NCBI GenBank assembly: GCA_020184695.1
Contig: JAANOX010000098.1
Span: forward strand, 62,001-126,000
Direction of reading: 5' to 3'
DNA from: Histomonas meleagridis 2922-C6/04-290x
Lineage: Eukaryota; Protista; Parabasalia
Length of the DNA: 64,000 nucleotides
The position numbers were made by a program, and so were the translations under genes. Shown piece by piece: positions 1 through 11,184 of the stretch (position 1 is its first letter; each line of letters opens with the position of its first letter). Under the pieces are notes generated by a model. That model saw only the letters and a list, made by a program, of their open reading frames with translations, was not told the DNA's origin and ran no database searches.

Positions 1-588
1 TGCAGAGATAAGCGTATACAACAAGGATTAGTTAACTTCCCTTGGAACGAAACTACAATACCATTACAACATCGAATTGGGATTTTATGTTTATTATTAT
101 GTGAAAATGATAACATTGAACCGATCTCGAAATCAAATGGAATATGTCAATTGTTGACCGAAATCGTCGAAATGAATCAAGTAGAGTCAATCGAAATGGT
201 GATACAAATCGTATTTAAGATCGGGAAAGTGAACCCGAAGTTTTACGAGTCGTTAAGCGACGCGCAGTTCTTCCAAAGCTACTTGAAGAAGGTCCCAATG
301 CTAAACAGCGGAGTCGCAGTGAAGACGTCGTTGACACTCATCGACTTGATCTCGCGGACGTGCTTCGTGGAGGACTTCCTGCTGTACGTCCCGTACATGA
401 TACAGCTCGTGGCGCAGGTAAGCGACTACACATTGCCGAGCCTCTCTGCACTGGCAACGCTCAGCGTGCACAGAAAGAGCGTAGCAGTGCTGAGGAACTA
501 CGGAATAGAAAGATACCTCGAGCAGCTCGAGAAGTACGCAAACATGACCCCGTACGTGAACATTATAAAGAGATCATTACAGCAGTGA
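1..588 (+). CDS. 5'-truncated gene, helical (ARM/HEAT-like) protein of unknown function
   Basis: Frame of ORF 151..588 is open from base 1; Leu/Ile-rich amphipathic helices; stop at 586-588. Confidence 0.6.
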   Translation, partial: CRDKRIQQGLVNFPWNETTIPLQHRIGILCLLLCENDNIEPISKSNGICQLLTEIVEMNQVESIEMVIQIVFKIGKVNPKFYESLSDAQFFQSYLKKVPMLNSGVAVKTSLTLIDLISRTCFVEDFLLYVPYMIQLVAQVSDYTLPSLSALATLSVHRKSVAVLRNYGIERYLEQLEKYANMTPYVNIIKRSLQQ

Positions 589-1525
589 AATAATGTGTAA
601 GTGAGTAAATAATTTTCTGATATATAAATCGTTAAAAGGAAAATAGAAGTAAGTGTGACATGTTCAATGTTCAGACGTATTGCGGAGTTTGATGGTTTGT
701 TATGTGTTTGTATGTTTTTGTAGTCTTTGTGTTGATTCATTGGATATTGCATTAAACTGAACTGATAATTTATTACATTGTCACTTTTGATGTAAAATTA
801 CAAAATCCAGAAAAATAAAATGTACGTTTATTCATGACGGTTTAAAGTGAAGGTGTACTGGTAATGGTCATATGAGTCTCCACTTCATGGTTATAGCTGT
901 GCTTGATGCTGATAATGATATAAAAAAGTTGCACTTGCTTCCTTGTGGTTAGTTATATCCTCTAATAGTAAAATTGATTGGCAATATTTTTGAATGTTTA
1001 ATCGGCCTGTCAAAGGGTTAGTTTTAACTGTAAATCATCTGAAAATGGGATTGGTTGTTTTTATCGTTCTATCAAAAAGTTTGATCAAACCATCAATTTG
1101 AAGCCGTTTATTTGATTGTTTTGAATAAGTGACGTGTTTATATTTCCCATAAAATGTTGGGAACTTTCATGTTGGTAACATTGCAAATGACAATTAGAGA
1201 TTATTCTTATAAGTATACATACAATTTTACACAAAATATAACAAAAGAAAATTCTCATATTGCCAACATAAGCATGCAAAAAAAAATTTTCTGTCATATC
1301 TACTTAGATGTATTTTTTCAAGAATCATATATTTTTCATTCTGTTAAGAGTTTTAGTTCGCAAAAATTACTTGTTTATTTCAAACAATTGAGAAAATATT
1401 TATCTTTTCTTTTTTCATCTTTGTTTTTTTATATATTTTCATTGATATTAATATTCATAATTTATATATTGACAAAATATGACTTAATTAAACATCATAT
1501 CAAAGTGAAAACGAATGTAAAATTT

Positions 1526-3187
1526 ATGTTCATTATATTTATTTTCTTTTTTTCTCATTCAATACAATTTTTTGATAATGAAACATTAACATTAACTATC
1601 ACTAATTCGAGTGAATTTACAGATGATTATCAAAGTAATACGAAGCATGTTAACATATCATATGGAATAACTTCAATTCCAAATCGTGCTTTTTCTCAAT
1701 GGAGTTCATTGATTACAGCTGTGATTAGTGACACTGTAACTTCAATTGGATCATATGCATTTTCTTATTGTGATAAATTAGAAAATATTTCATTTGGTAG
1801 AAATATTACAAATATTGGAGAATATGTATTTGAATCTTGTTCTTCATTACAGAATGTAACAATTAAAAGTCCTCTCACAACAGTTGGACAAAATGTTTTT
1901 ATTAGATGTACTTCTCTTCAAAGTGTATTTTTAGGAGAAGGTGTTCAAACATTGGGATCTTTTCTATTTCAATATTGTAATAATCTTAAAGATGTTATAA
2001 TTCCAACCACACTTTCTTCAATATCATATAATCCATTTATTCGCTGTAATAGTCTTCAACACTTAAAAATACCTGAAGAAAATCAATATTTCTCTAATTA
2101 TGAAAATGATGGTGTTATATATGATAAAAAAATTACAAAACTCATCAGTTATCCAAATGGAAAAAATGGCGAAGCATTTCAAATTCCAGAATCAGTTACT
2201 TCAATCGAATCATATGCATTTTATTCATGCACAAATTTATTATCAATTTCATTTGGAACTAATGTAAATAGAATTGAGATGGTTGCATTCTGTGATTGTG
2301 TATTTACAAGTTTCGTAATTCCAAAGACTATTATAGAGATTCCATTAAGAACTTTTGATAGATGTAAACAATTAGAAACAATTATCATTGGAGAAAATGT
2401 GGAATATATTAGTGGTACTGCATTTTCTTCTTGTTTATCACTGAAATGTATTTATTTTTATGGTGATACTTCTCCAGATTTTGGGAGTAATTGTTTTAAT
2501 GATGTTTTAGCCACAACAGTTATGGTAAATGAAGCGTATCAAAATGAAACATTCGGAGATTTAAACGTTACCAAAGCAACAATCGATGAGTGTCTTCCTA
2601 AAACACAAACATTTACACAAAGTAGTACATTCGCTAAATCAAATACATTTACTAAATCGAATACATTTTCATCATATATCACATTTACAGAAACATATTC
2701 ATCTTATGTAACTTTAACACATTCATATTCATTAACATATATTTTATCATTTACACAAACATTAAGTATTTATATTTCATATTTCAATTCATTTGTTCTT
2801 ACGAATATTAATTCAACATTTACATATATTCCAACATCAATTATATTTTATGATTATACAGTTGTTATTTATTCCAAGCATTTTACATATTATTCAGATT
2901 TTTATATTTTTTATGAACAGCATGAAAAGAATGAAGAAGACAGTACATATATTTATATTATTATTGGAGTAATGCTTGGAGTAATTATTGTTGTTTCAAT
3001 ACTTGTTATAATATTAATTCGACTTCGAAACAAAAGAATAAAAAATTACGAAGAATCGAATTATAATGAAGAAATAGAAAATGTACTTGAAACGAACAAT
3101 TTTTCTATTGATTTTTCGAAGAATAATATTGAAGAAGATCCGTTTGCTAAAGATTTCAAGGAAGATAATATTGTTGTTCATATATGA
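1526..3187 (+). CDS. BspA-like (TpLRR) leucine-rich-repeat type I surface protein
   Basis: TpLRR repeats (VTSIGSYAFSYCDKLENISFG), SxTFT stalk repeats, TM helix (YIYIIIGVMLGVIIVVSILVIILI), tail with EDPFAKDFKE. Start placed at the signal-like MFIIFIFFFSHS; the ORF is open upstream to 1154. Confidence 0.85.
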   Translation: MFIIFIFFFSHSIQFFDNETLTLTITNSSEFTDDYQSNTKHVNISYGITSIPNRAFSQWSSLITAVISDTVTSIGSYAFSYCDKLENISFGRNITNIGEYVFESCSSLQNVTIKSPLTTVGQNVFIRCTSLQSVFLGEGVQTLGSFLFQYCNNLKDVIIPTTLSSISYNPFIRCNSLQHLKIPEENQYFSNYENDGVIYDKKITKLISYPNGKNGEAFQIPESVTSIESYAFYSCTNLLSISFGTNVNRIEMVAFCDCVFTSFVIPKTIIEIPLRTFDRCKQLETIIIGENVEYISGTAFSSCLSLKCIYFYGDTSPDFGSNCFNDVLATTVMVNEAYQNETFGDLNVTKATIDECLPKTQTFTQSSTFAKSNTFTKSNTFSSYITFTETYSSYVTLTHSYSLTYILSFTQTLSIYISYFNSFVLTNINSTFTYIPTSIIFYDYTVVIYSKHFTYYSDFYIFYEQHEKNEEDSTYIYIIIGVMLGVIIVVSILVIILIRLRNKRIKNYEESNYNEEIENVLETNNFSIDFSKNNIEEDPFAKDFKEDNIVVHI

Positions 3188-3562
3188 TACAAGTCTTATT
3201 TAATAAACAGAATATTAATATTATTTTTCAAACAATATTTCGAATGATTCAGAATAAGAAATAGTAATTTTCATTTGATAAAAATTGATAAATTTTTAAA
3301 TATTTTGATTTTCCTGACCATTTTAATTTTATAAAGAATTCAAAACATAATAAACATTTCTATTCAATAAATATTACTGAATTTAAGTTTCATACATTTG
3401 CGGGATAAATGTTATTAATGTATTATATATGTACATAAATTGCTTTCATTAAAAACCAGATAAAATGGGGTTATTTAACACTCCTTACAGCTCTAACCGC
3501 ATTGACAATTTGAAACTATCAAAAAGTATTGAATATTGTGTACTTTACAAATAATTTTCCTT

Positions 3563-4630
3563 ATGGCAGCAGCATCATTTAAAACATATCCCGAGCTAAT
3601 CGATGTTTTAAGGGAAACCAAGGCTGAAACACTTGGCATCTACCAGAAAATGATTGAATTTTTCAATCATTTTACTGGAAACCTTGAAGAAATGATTACA
3701 CAATTAACTCAATTCACAGCTGAATATTCTCCAAAAGCAGAAAAAAAACAAGCATCTCAAAAGGGTCCACATATAACTCTTGATCCAAATGGCGTTTTAA
3801 CTGAACTTGGTAAAGCATTTCCACATATTGCTTCAACCTCCTTAGCACAAATTCCTGCCTTTACCTTTACAAGCACCATTCTTAAGGAAGAAGCAACACA
3901 AAAGCTTGAGCATGATTTGCATGAATATGATACTAAGTTTACTGAAATCCTCGACACATATCAAAAGGCACTTGATACATACACAGAAGCACGAAATAAG
4001 TATGACAAAGACTATAAAGCTTATGTCCAATCAGGTGAATCAGCTCGAAACAAAGGAAATAAGAAATTAGTAGATGTATTTGTCAAAGCCAAAAAGACAG
4101 CTCTTGAATCCCATGCTGCATTAGAATCAGTCACAGCCGAAACCTCTCTTAAAATGGAACAAATCCTTACTGAATATGAAGATCTTGAAATGTGGCGATC
4201 TGACAAAATGCAACAATTCATCCTAAACCTTGCCGAAACGCTAAAGAAGGTCGCCACTAAGCTCTCCGAAGGCAAAGCTGAATTCTTTACAGCAATACAT
4301 CATGTTCCAATTAATGAAGATGTCAACAAGCTCAAAGATTTTAGTTTTATGCCATCAGCTGAAGCCGATCCTAAATACCAGATGATATATATTAACCCAG
4401 CTATAACACATTTACTTAAACCGGAGCAATTATATCCTGACGATGTTAAACAAGGAAAAGCAATTTATAAGCTGAAAAGGGATTATACCGAAGGACCAAG
4501 AACACACTTGAAAGCAAAGTGCGGCGACTTGGTGGTGGGAGTAGGCGAAGAAGGAGATTGTTTCTTATGTAAGGACGTAAATGAATGTGTAGCATTAATA
4601 CCAAAAACGGCATTAGAGAAAGTGAATTAA
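3563..4630 (+). CDS. Coiled-coil (F-BAR/BAR-like) protein with C-terminal SH3-like domain
   Basis: Long helical region then YKLKRDY...HLKAKCGDLVVGV...ALIPKTALE resembling a degenerate SH3; first ATG at 3563. Confidence 0.55.
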   Translation: MAAASFKTYPELIDVLRETKAETLGIYQKMIEFFNHFTGNLEEMITQLTQFTAEYSPKAEKKQASQKGPHITLDPNGVLTELGKAFPHIASTSLAQIPAFTFTSTILKEEATQKLEHDLHEYDTKFTEILDTYQKALDTYTEARNKYDKDYKAYVQSGESARNKGNKKLVDVFVKAKKTALESHAALESVTAETSLKMEQILTEYEDLEMWRSDKMQQFILNLAETLKKVATKLSEGKAEFFTAIHHVPINEDVNKLKDFSFMPSAEADPKYQMIYINPAITHLLKPEQLYPDDVKQGKAIYKLKRDYTEGPRTHLKAKCGDLVVGVGEEGDCFLCKDVNECVALIPKTALEKVN

Positions 4631-5415
4631 AAGTTATAATGGAGAACAATTTTACTTGAGAAAATAAATTTGATTTTATTTGACACTTTTTATCGTCGAT
4701 CATTGTGTGGTTTAGATAGCGGTTGTTAGTTGGCGACGATCAAAAGATAACGTACGATACCCAAAATGTTTCTTACAGTTATCTTCTGGTTCAATGAATA
4801 TTTTCAGATTGCAAAATAGAGCTGTTTTATAGAAAACTTTCAATATTATCACCTTGCTATAATGAGAGTGCTTTGTCCAATGTTTTTTATGTTCCCAAAC
4901 TAAAAAAAGCTCATTTAAACCATTTTATCTTATGCACAATCACAATTTCCATCTGACAATCATTAGATTTTGCTTTTGACTGATTTATTTAAACCTTATT
5001 TTCAGGAACCCAAATGTTTACCATTTTCCTTATTTACTTCATGTTTCCGACGTCCTTGTGCCACTTTTGTAATACATGTGTTACTCCTAAATTTTTTCAT
5101 GATAATTATTCATTTTTAAATGTTCAAAAAAACAAAACTCATATTTTTCCAACATCCAAAGAATTCAATTACCTCTCTATGATATGTTTATATCGTACGG
5201 GTGATGATTTTGAAGTAATTTCATCCATTTTTTCAGAATTATCATATAATTTTTATTACTTTAACTTAAATTCTTCTATCAATTCTTCACTAATTTTGCA
5301 GCTATGCTCATCAATTTATCCATTTTTGTTTCATTTAGAATCGTATGATTTTCCAAATGATTCATACATATTCTATCATCTCAATATAACACTCATCAAA
5401 CACTTCTTCACATTA

Positions 5416-6870
5416 ATGTTTTTATTATTTTTCTTTTTAATGCTTCATAAAACATTTCCATTTTTCATAAGAATAAATCACAAAACAAAAAACTCAAATA
5501 ACAAAATATTTCCTTTTATTGTTATATTAATTTCCTTATCAACATCAAAATACGATGGTAATGGAACACTTTTAATATATAATGAAAGTGATTTTACAAA
5601 TGAATATTCAGATTCTGTCATTCATGTAATTATTTTGGGTAATGTTACAATTTCATCTGGCGAATTCAGTGAATGGCCGCTTTTGGAATATGTCCGCATT
5701 GGAGACGCAGTTACATCGATTGGGGGTTCGGCTTTTTCAAATTGTTATAATTTGGAAACTGTTATCATTGGAAATAATTTGATAGAAATTGGAGGTTCTG
5801 CATTTGCGTCATGCATAAAATTGTCCAACATCACAATTCCTGACTCAGTTACATCGATTGGAATTTCATCTTTTTCTAATTGCTCCAATTTGGAAACTGT
5901 TATCATTGGTAATAATGTTCAAGAAATTGGTGGTTCTGCATTTGCATTATGTTCCAAATTATCCAACATCACAATTCCTGACTCAGTTACATCGATTGGA
6001 ATTTCAGCTTTTTATAACTGTTCTAATTTGGAAACTGTTATCATTGGAAATAATGTGAAAGAAATTGGGAATTATGCATTTGCATTTTGCATGAGTTTAA
6101 AATGTATTTATTTTTATGGAACAAAAGAGCCAAGTTTTGGAGAAAATGCTTTTTATAATATATCAGCAACATCTGTTATGGTGTTAAATAATTACATTGA
6201 AGGAACTTTCGGTAATTTATATATAAGCACAGAAGTAATTGATGGATGTTCGCCAATAAGAACATGCACATTCGCACAGTCGAATACATATACAGAGTCA
6301 AATACATTTTCGCAATCGAATACATTTAATGCATCAGACACAATATTTACGTCAGATACGACAAGTGTTTCGGCTTCAGGTATAATTACATTTTCTAATT
6401 CATTTATTTTAACACGTTCAATATTGCATACACAAACATTAACTATTTATTATTCAACGCTCACAGGCACATACACGATTTCATACATTGATTCATTGTT
6501 TGCATATTTTCACACTTCTTTCATATTCTATGAGTATGTTGTAATTTCGTATTCGACGATTTATATTTATTATTCGAATTTTTATACACTTTTTTATGTC
6601 AGTGATTCGCAGCCGAATGAGTCACAAACGAAAGTTATTATCATTTCAGTGTGCGTAACAATTGTAGTAATTGTTATCATATCATTGTTAGTTGTATTAT
6701 TGGTTCGATTGAGAAACAAGAAAACGAACGAAATGGAACAAGAAACAAATCACAGTGAAGGCGATGCGCTCGAAATTGATACAATCGGTAACTGTTCGAC
6801 AATGTCCGATATCAAAGAAGATCCATTTGCCGAAGATTTTAAAGAAGAAAAATTTATGAATCAGATATAA
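5416..6870 (+). CDS. BspA-like (TpLRR) leucine-rich-repeat type I surface protein
   Basis: Near-identical 138-nt (46 aa) LRR doublets (ITIPDSVTSIGISAFxNCSNLETVIIGNN), SNTF stalk, TM helix, EDPFAEDFKE tail. Inr-like cttcttcacatta precedes ATG 5416; the ORF is open upstream to 5014. Confidence 0.85.
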   Translation: MFLLFFFLMLHKTFPFFIRINHKTKNSNNKIFPFIVILISLSTSKYDGNGTLLIYNESDFTNEYSDSVIHVIILGNVTISSGEFSEWPLLEYVRIGDAVTSIGGSAFSNCYNLETVIIGNNLIEIGGSAFASCIKLSNITIPDSVTSIGISSFSNCSNLETVIIGNNVQEIGGSAFALCSKLSNITIPDSVTSIGISAFYNCSNLETVIIGNNVKEIGNYAFAFCMSLKCIYFYGTKEPSFGENAFYNISATSVMVLNNYIEGTFGNLYISTEVIDGCSPIRTCTFAQSNTYTESNTFSQSNTFNASDTIFTSDTTSVSASGIITFSNSFILTRSILHTQTLTIYYSTLTGTYTISYIDSLFAYFHTSFIFYEYVVISYSTIYIYYSNFYTLFYVSDSQPNESQTKVIIISVCVTIVVIVIISLLVVLLVRLRNKKTNEMEQETNHSEGDALEIDTIGNCSTMSDIKEDPFAEDFKEEKFMNQI

Positions 6871-6888
6871 AAATAAGTGATAATGCGA

Positions 6889-7400
6889 TTAATTTAGTAA
6901 ATATAAAATTATAAAAGTTGTTTTTAATATTCAAAAAATTAACATAAGTGGACAAAGCAGTGTAAGCAAAGAAAGCACATCAAAAAATGAACCTTATTCA
7001 TAATGAAAACAAACTAAATTTTAATTGATTTTTTCTTGAGACCTAAAATATTGATATATTTTCATTAAGCTTGAATATTTTGGTTTATTTGCTATAATGC
7101 AATATTAAAATATAACAATGTTCGAATAAATTTTTCATTAATTTAGTAAATATAAAATTATAAAAATTGTATTTGATATTTCAAGTTGGGTATGTCATAA
7201 ACTTAAAGCATATTAAGGAAATTATAGTAAATGGACAAAGCAGTGTGAGCGAAGAAAACAGATCAAATATGAACTTTATTCATAATGAAACCAAACCAAA
7301 TTTTTCATATATTATAAAAATACCTTCTCAATTATTTGATATTATAAACTTAATGGATTTTTTTCTTAAATCCTAAAATACTGATATATTAATGAAATTA
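6889..7400. repeat. Diverged non-coding direct duplication (two ~250-nt units)
   Basis: attaatttagtaaatataaaattataaaa, tggacaaagcagtgt and ttattcataatgaaa occur in the same order from ~6889 and ~7137. Confidence 0.55.
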
Positions 7401-7473
7401 AAATATAAATTCACCATATTTAAATATTAACTTAATCGCAATGTAAAAGTAAAAATAATTTCTGAAAATTTGT

Positions 7474-8646
7474 TTACTGTGGATTTGAGTAAGCATAAAT
7501 GAATGAAGATGTGAGAGATGCAACTAATACCCATTTTCCGTCTGGTGACCAGCGCATAAGCGAAACCTTATGATCATGAGGGGTTTCGACGGTTTTGACA
7601 ACTTCATCCTTTCTGCAGAACAAAAGTTTTCCACTCTCAGTGATTATAGCGAGCGTGTTATCAACTGGGTTGATACGGATGATTGAAATAGGCTCGCCAA
7701 CATTTCCTGACCACTGTAAGCGTGCAATGTCTCCTTCCCTCCAACGATCTGGAGCAAGCCAAACATTATATTTGCAATCTTTACTTCCAGAAGCAATTAA
7801 AAGACTCTTTGGATGGAAATCAATGGTGTTGATACTGTTCGAATGACCAGAAAAGGTAAAGGCTTTAAGAACTTTATTTGGATTTTCGGAGCGATCACGT
7901 TCTACTCCATAAACAACAATTTCAGAAGTGTAAGAAGAGACGGCAACAAATTCAGAGTTGTAAGAAACGCCAATTTCATAGTTGTGCATTTGAGATGTAT
8001 TCTTGCCATAAAGAGAACTTCCATTTTGATGGAAAAGTCGAATGTTTGTCTCGTCGGATAAGACAGAAACAAAAGAGCCATCGGGTGCTGCTGCAATTTT
8101 GTCGACTGTTAATTGTCCTGCGTTTTCAATGTTGTAATCTCCATTTTGAAGTTTTGAACTTTTTGGGTCATAGTAAAATGAAACAACTTTTCTTGAACGA
8201 TCTAATGCTAAAACAATTTGTGGTTTCTTATCAGGATTGCAGATCGAACAATCAATAATTTTATCATCTTTAAATTGATATCGTTGAGTTGGACTGCCGC
8301 CTTTTTCAATTACAGAGTTTGAGTAAAGTAAAATTTGACGATTTTGAGTTGGAACAATAAAGTAGGGAAGTTTTGGATCAAATGCTAAACATGAAGGTGT
8401 GCTATTTCCAAGATTAATGACCTTTTCAGCGGTAGGAAGAATCTCAGTACCCCTTTGTTTCTTTTGTTGTATGTTCTTTGCTTGTTTTTGAGATTTTGGT
8501 GGCTTTTGATTTTTCTCTTTTTCTTGCTTTATCTCTTTATTTTCCTCTTTTTCAACTGGCTTTGGTTTCTTTACAAAGAATGAATATAGGACAAATGAAC
8601 CAAGCCCGAGTAGAATTAATGTGACTATTAAAATCAGAATATCCAT
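7474..8646 (-). CDS. Membrane-anchored WD40 protein (TBL2-like)
   Basis: N-terminal TM helix, Lys/Gln-rich linker, WD repeats (FSGHSNSINTIDFHPKSLLIASGSKDCKYNVW). Confidence 0.7.
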   Translation of the reverse strand: MDILILIVTLILLGLGSFVLYSFFVKKPKPVEKEENKEIKQEKEKNQKPPKSQKQAKNIQQKKQRGTEILPTAEKVINLGNSTPSCLAFDPKLPYFIVPTQNRQILLYSNSVIEKGGSPTQRYQFKDDKIIDCSICNPDKKPQIVLALDRSRKVVSFYYDPKSSKLQNGDYNIENAGQLTVDKIAAAPDGSFVSVLSDETNIRLFHQNGSSLYGKNTSQMHNYEIGVSYNSEFVAVSSYTSEIVVYGVERDRSENPNKVLKAFTFSGHSNSINTIDFHPKSLLIASGSKDCKYNVWLAPDRWREGDIARLQWSGNVGEPISIIRINPVDNTLAIITESGKLLFCRKDEVVKTVETPHDHKVSLMRWSPDGKWVLVASLTSSFIYAYSNPQ

Positions 8647-8983
8647 CTTCGCCCAATTTGGGAATTGAGAATAAATTGATCGTCATATGCGGGCGGTTAA
8701 TTATTCAAGGATTTCTGACTTTCCCCACATCCATGTTTAAAATCGTTTTATATGGATTTTTAAACATTGCGTCATGAATCCCTTTATACAATGTTCCTTA
8801 ATTTTCCAATTTCATCAATGATTGAAATTAATAATGACTTGACTATCTGAAAATAAAGATCCTGTATTGGCAACGAAGTAGTTGAGGCACTGTTAGAGCA
8901 TTTTCGAATAGTGGCTCGCTTCTTTTTTATGAGAAATTTGTAAATGAAAAAATAGAGCTGTGTTAACGTACAGTAAATTTTAG

Positions 8984-11122
8984 ATGAAATCAAATCTTAC
9001 TGCTGTTTGCCAAATGCTTTCAGGAAACAACCTTGACCTACAAACAACAAAAAATGTAATTAATCAATTTCTTCAATCTTGTGAAATTGATTCAGATTTA
9101 ATTAATGAAATTTTAGAAAATCAGGAAATTTTCAAAAAGCTTGTGCATTATTTATGTGAATACATGTATTCCAATATGATCTTAGATACGTCATCAGAAA
9201 TATCAACATTTCTATATAAAATTTGTATCAATCATCCAATTATTCACAATATTATTTCACATGAAACCAATTTAAATTGCATGTTTTCGCTTGTGTTTCA
9301 AGATGTTTCTTCAGTCAAGGAAATGAGCCCAACAAAATTACTTCCTTTCCTCAAATTAATTACAATAATCTCACATTCACCATTTTTATTTTTGACTTCA
9401 ACAGACTCTATTCAAACCTTTTTAAATTGTGCTATTGAACTTCTTCAAAATCCACAACTTTCAGCATGGTTTTCAGCAATCATTGCAGGCATTAATCATA
9501 ATAGTTCAATTTCAAATTCATATTTCAAAATGAATCCATTAAACTCTAAATTAAAGCAAATATTGATAACATTAACAAAATCAGATGATATTTATATTCG
9601 TATATCGTCAATTTCTGCTTTTATTTCACTTTATCCAATCAAAGATAATTTTGATATAATATTAAATCAATTAATAAATTGTCTTTTTGAAGATGATCTA
9701 TTTATACCAATGCCATATTTGATAACAGAATCATTAATAGAATTATATCAAAAAAGAAAACCAAAAGAAGAAGAAATCACTTCAATCTTAATGTCTATTC
9801 TAAAGGCAAATGATATTAAAACATATTTAATTCTTAAAATGTTAAATGAAATGAATCAATTTCATGGAATGTTTTCTGATATAATACAATCTACAAAATA
9901 TCTTAATTCATTAATAAGAAAATTTGTTTTAACAAATTCTGATTTTGTAATGCAATGTGGTTGTGTATTTTTGCAAACATTAAATAACAATTCTGATAAT
10001 TTATTTAAAGATATTAATGATGTTGAACTTATTAATGATTTGTTTAAATCATTATTCGTTTCTCCTAAAGAAAAATTAATTCAAAATGAATCAATTTTAA
10101 TTATAATCTTGATGATTATTGAAAATAATAAAATGCATTTAGAGACTTTAAATTATGTATCAGAAAATGAAGATGTTATATTTACATCATTTTTAAGATA
10201 TATTGAAAACAATGATTCATTTATATCTGTATGTTTATTTAGAATTATTCAAGAATTAATTAAATATTTTAAGAATTGGGAATTAAAATTTAAACACATT
10301 TTATTACAAACTCAATTTATTGTTTTACTTGTTCATGTTTTGACTCATTCTCAAAATATTAATGCTACAAAAGAAGCACTTAAAGCATTAAATTATTTTT
10401 ATGATTCAAAAGATTTATATTTATTTGAACTTTTAAATTCAGGTTTTGTTTTAAATGCAAAACAAGATCACAAAAATCTTGAAAATATTACAAATCATCT
10501 GCAAAAAGAAACAGAAACGAATAAAAATCTTCAAAATGATTTAAAGTTATTAAAAGAAAATGAAACGAATAAAGATAAACAAATTAATGGAAAGAATAAT
10601 GTGAATGATATTCAAAATCAATTAAATATATCAAATCAAAAGAATAAAGAAAAAAGAAATTTAATAAAAAACTTAATTGAAGAAAATAAAAAACTTAAAA
10701 ACATTATAAACCAACAGAAAATAAATACTGAAGAATTACAAAATCAAATTATTCAATTTCAACAAAACGAACAAGAAGAAAAAAATGAATTAATAAAACT
10801 TAAAACTGATTTCAAACATAATGAAATAAAAATCATTGAACAAAATTCGCAAGTTGAAAGACTTAAAGAAGAATTAAATATTGAACAAGAAAAGAATTTG
10901 AAACTTACAAAAAGGTTTCAAAAACTCATTCTTTATATACAAATTCAAGCAAAAGACAATGAAAACACTAAGAAAATCTTGGAATTATATCAAGCAAAAA
11001 AGCATAAGCTTAAGAATAAATTAATACAAACAGAAAATGAAAGAAAGAAATGGGAAACAATTGCAAAATTTAGAATTAAAGTCCAAAAAAGCCGAATGGA
11101 AACAATTCAGGAATTTGTATGA
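8984..11122 (+). CDS. ARM-like N-terminal domain plus C-terminal coiled coil, function unknown
   Basis: 712-aa ORF; helical Leu/Ile-rich N-terminal ~490 aa, K/E/N/Q-rich heptad C-terminus. Confidence 0.6.
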   Translation: MKSNLTAVCQMLSGNNLDLQTTKNVINQFLQSCEIDSDLINEILENQEIFKKLVHYLCEYMYSNMILDTSSEISTFLYKICINHPIIHNIISHETNLNCMFSLVFQDVSSVKEMSPTKLLPFLKLITIISHSPFLFLTSTDSIQTFLNCAIELLQNPQLSAWFSAIIAGINHNSSISNSYFKMNPLNSKLKQILITLTKSDDIYIRISSISAFISLYPIKDNFDIILNQLINCLFEDDLFIPMPYLITESLIELYQKRKPKEEEITSILMSILKANDIKTYLILKMLNEMNQFHGMFSDIIQSTKYLNSLIRKFVLTNSDFVMQCGCVFLQTLNNNSDNLFKDINDVELINDLFKSLFVSPKEKLIQNESILIIILMIIENNKMHLETLNYVSENEDVIFTSFLRYIENNDSFISVCLFRIIQELIKYFKNWELKFKHILLQTQFIVLLVHVLTHSQNINATKEALKALNYFYDSKDLYLFELLNSGFVLNAKQDHKNLENITNHLQKETETNKNLQNDLKLLKENETNKDKQINGKNNVNDIQNQLNISNQKNKEKRNLIKNLIEENKKLKNIINQQKINTEELQNQIIQFQQNEQEEKNELIKLKTDFKHNEIKIIEQNSQVERLKEELNIEQEKNLKLTKRFQKLILYIQIQAKDNENTKKILELYQAKKHKLKNKLIQTENERKKWETIAKFRIKVQKSRMETIQEFV

Positions 11123-11184
11123 TTTACATATTCGGCCGTTTATTTGAGGGAAGTTGCTCGAACGATAGAATTCTTCATTGACGA

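Noticed and set aside
834-910. Possible box C/D snoRNA (ATGACGG...CTGA)
   Set aside because: Box C has two mismatches, there is no convincing terminal stem and no recognisable guide.
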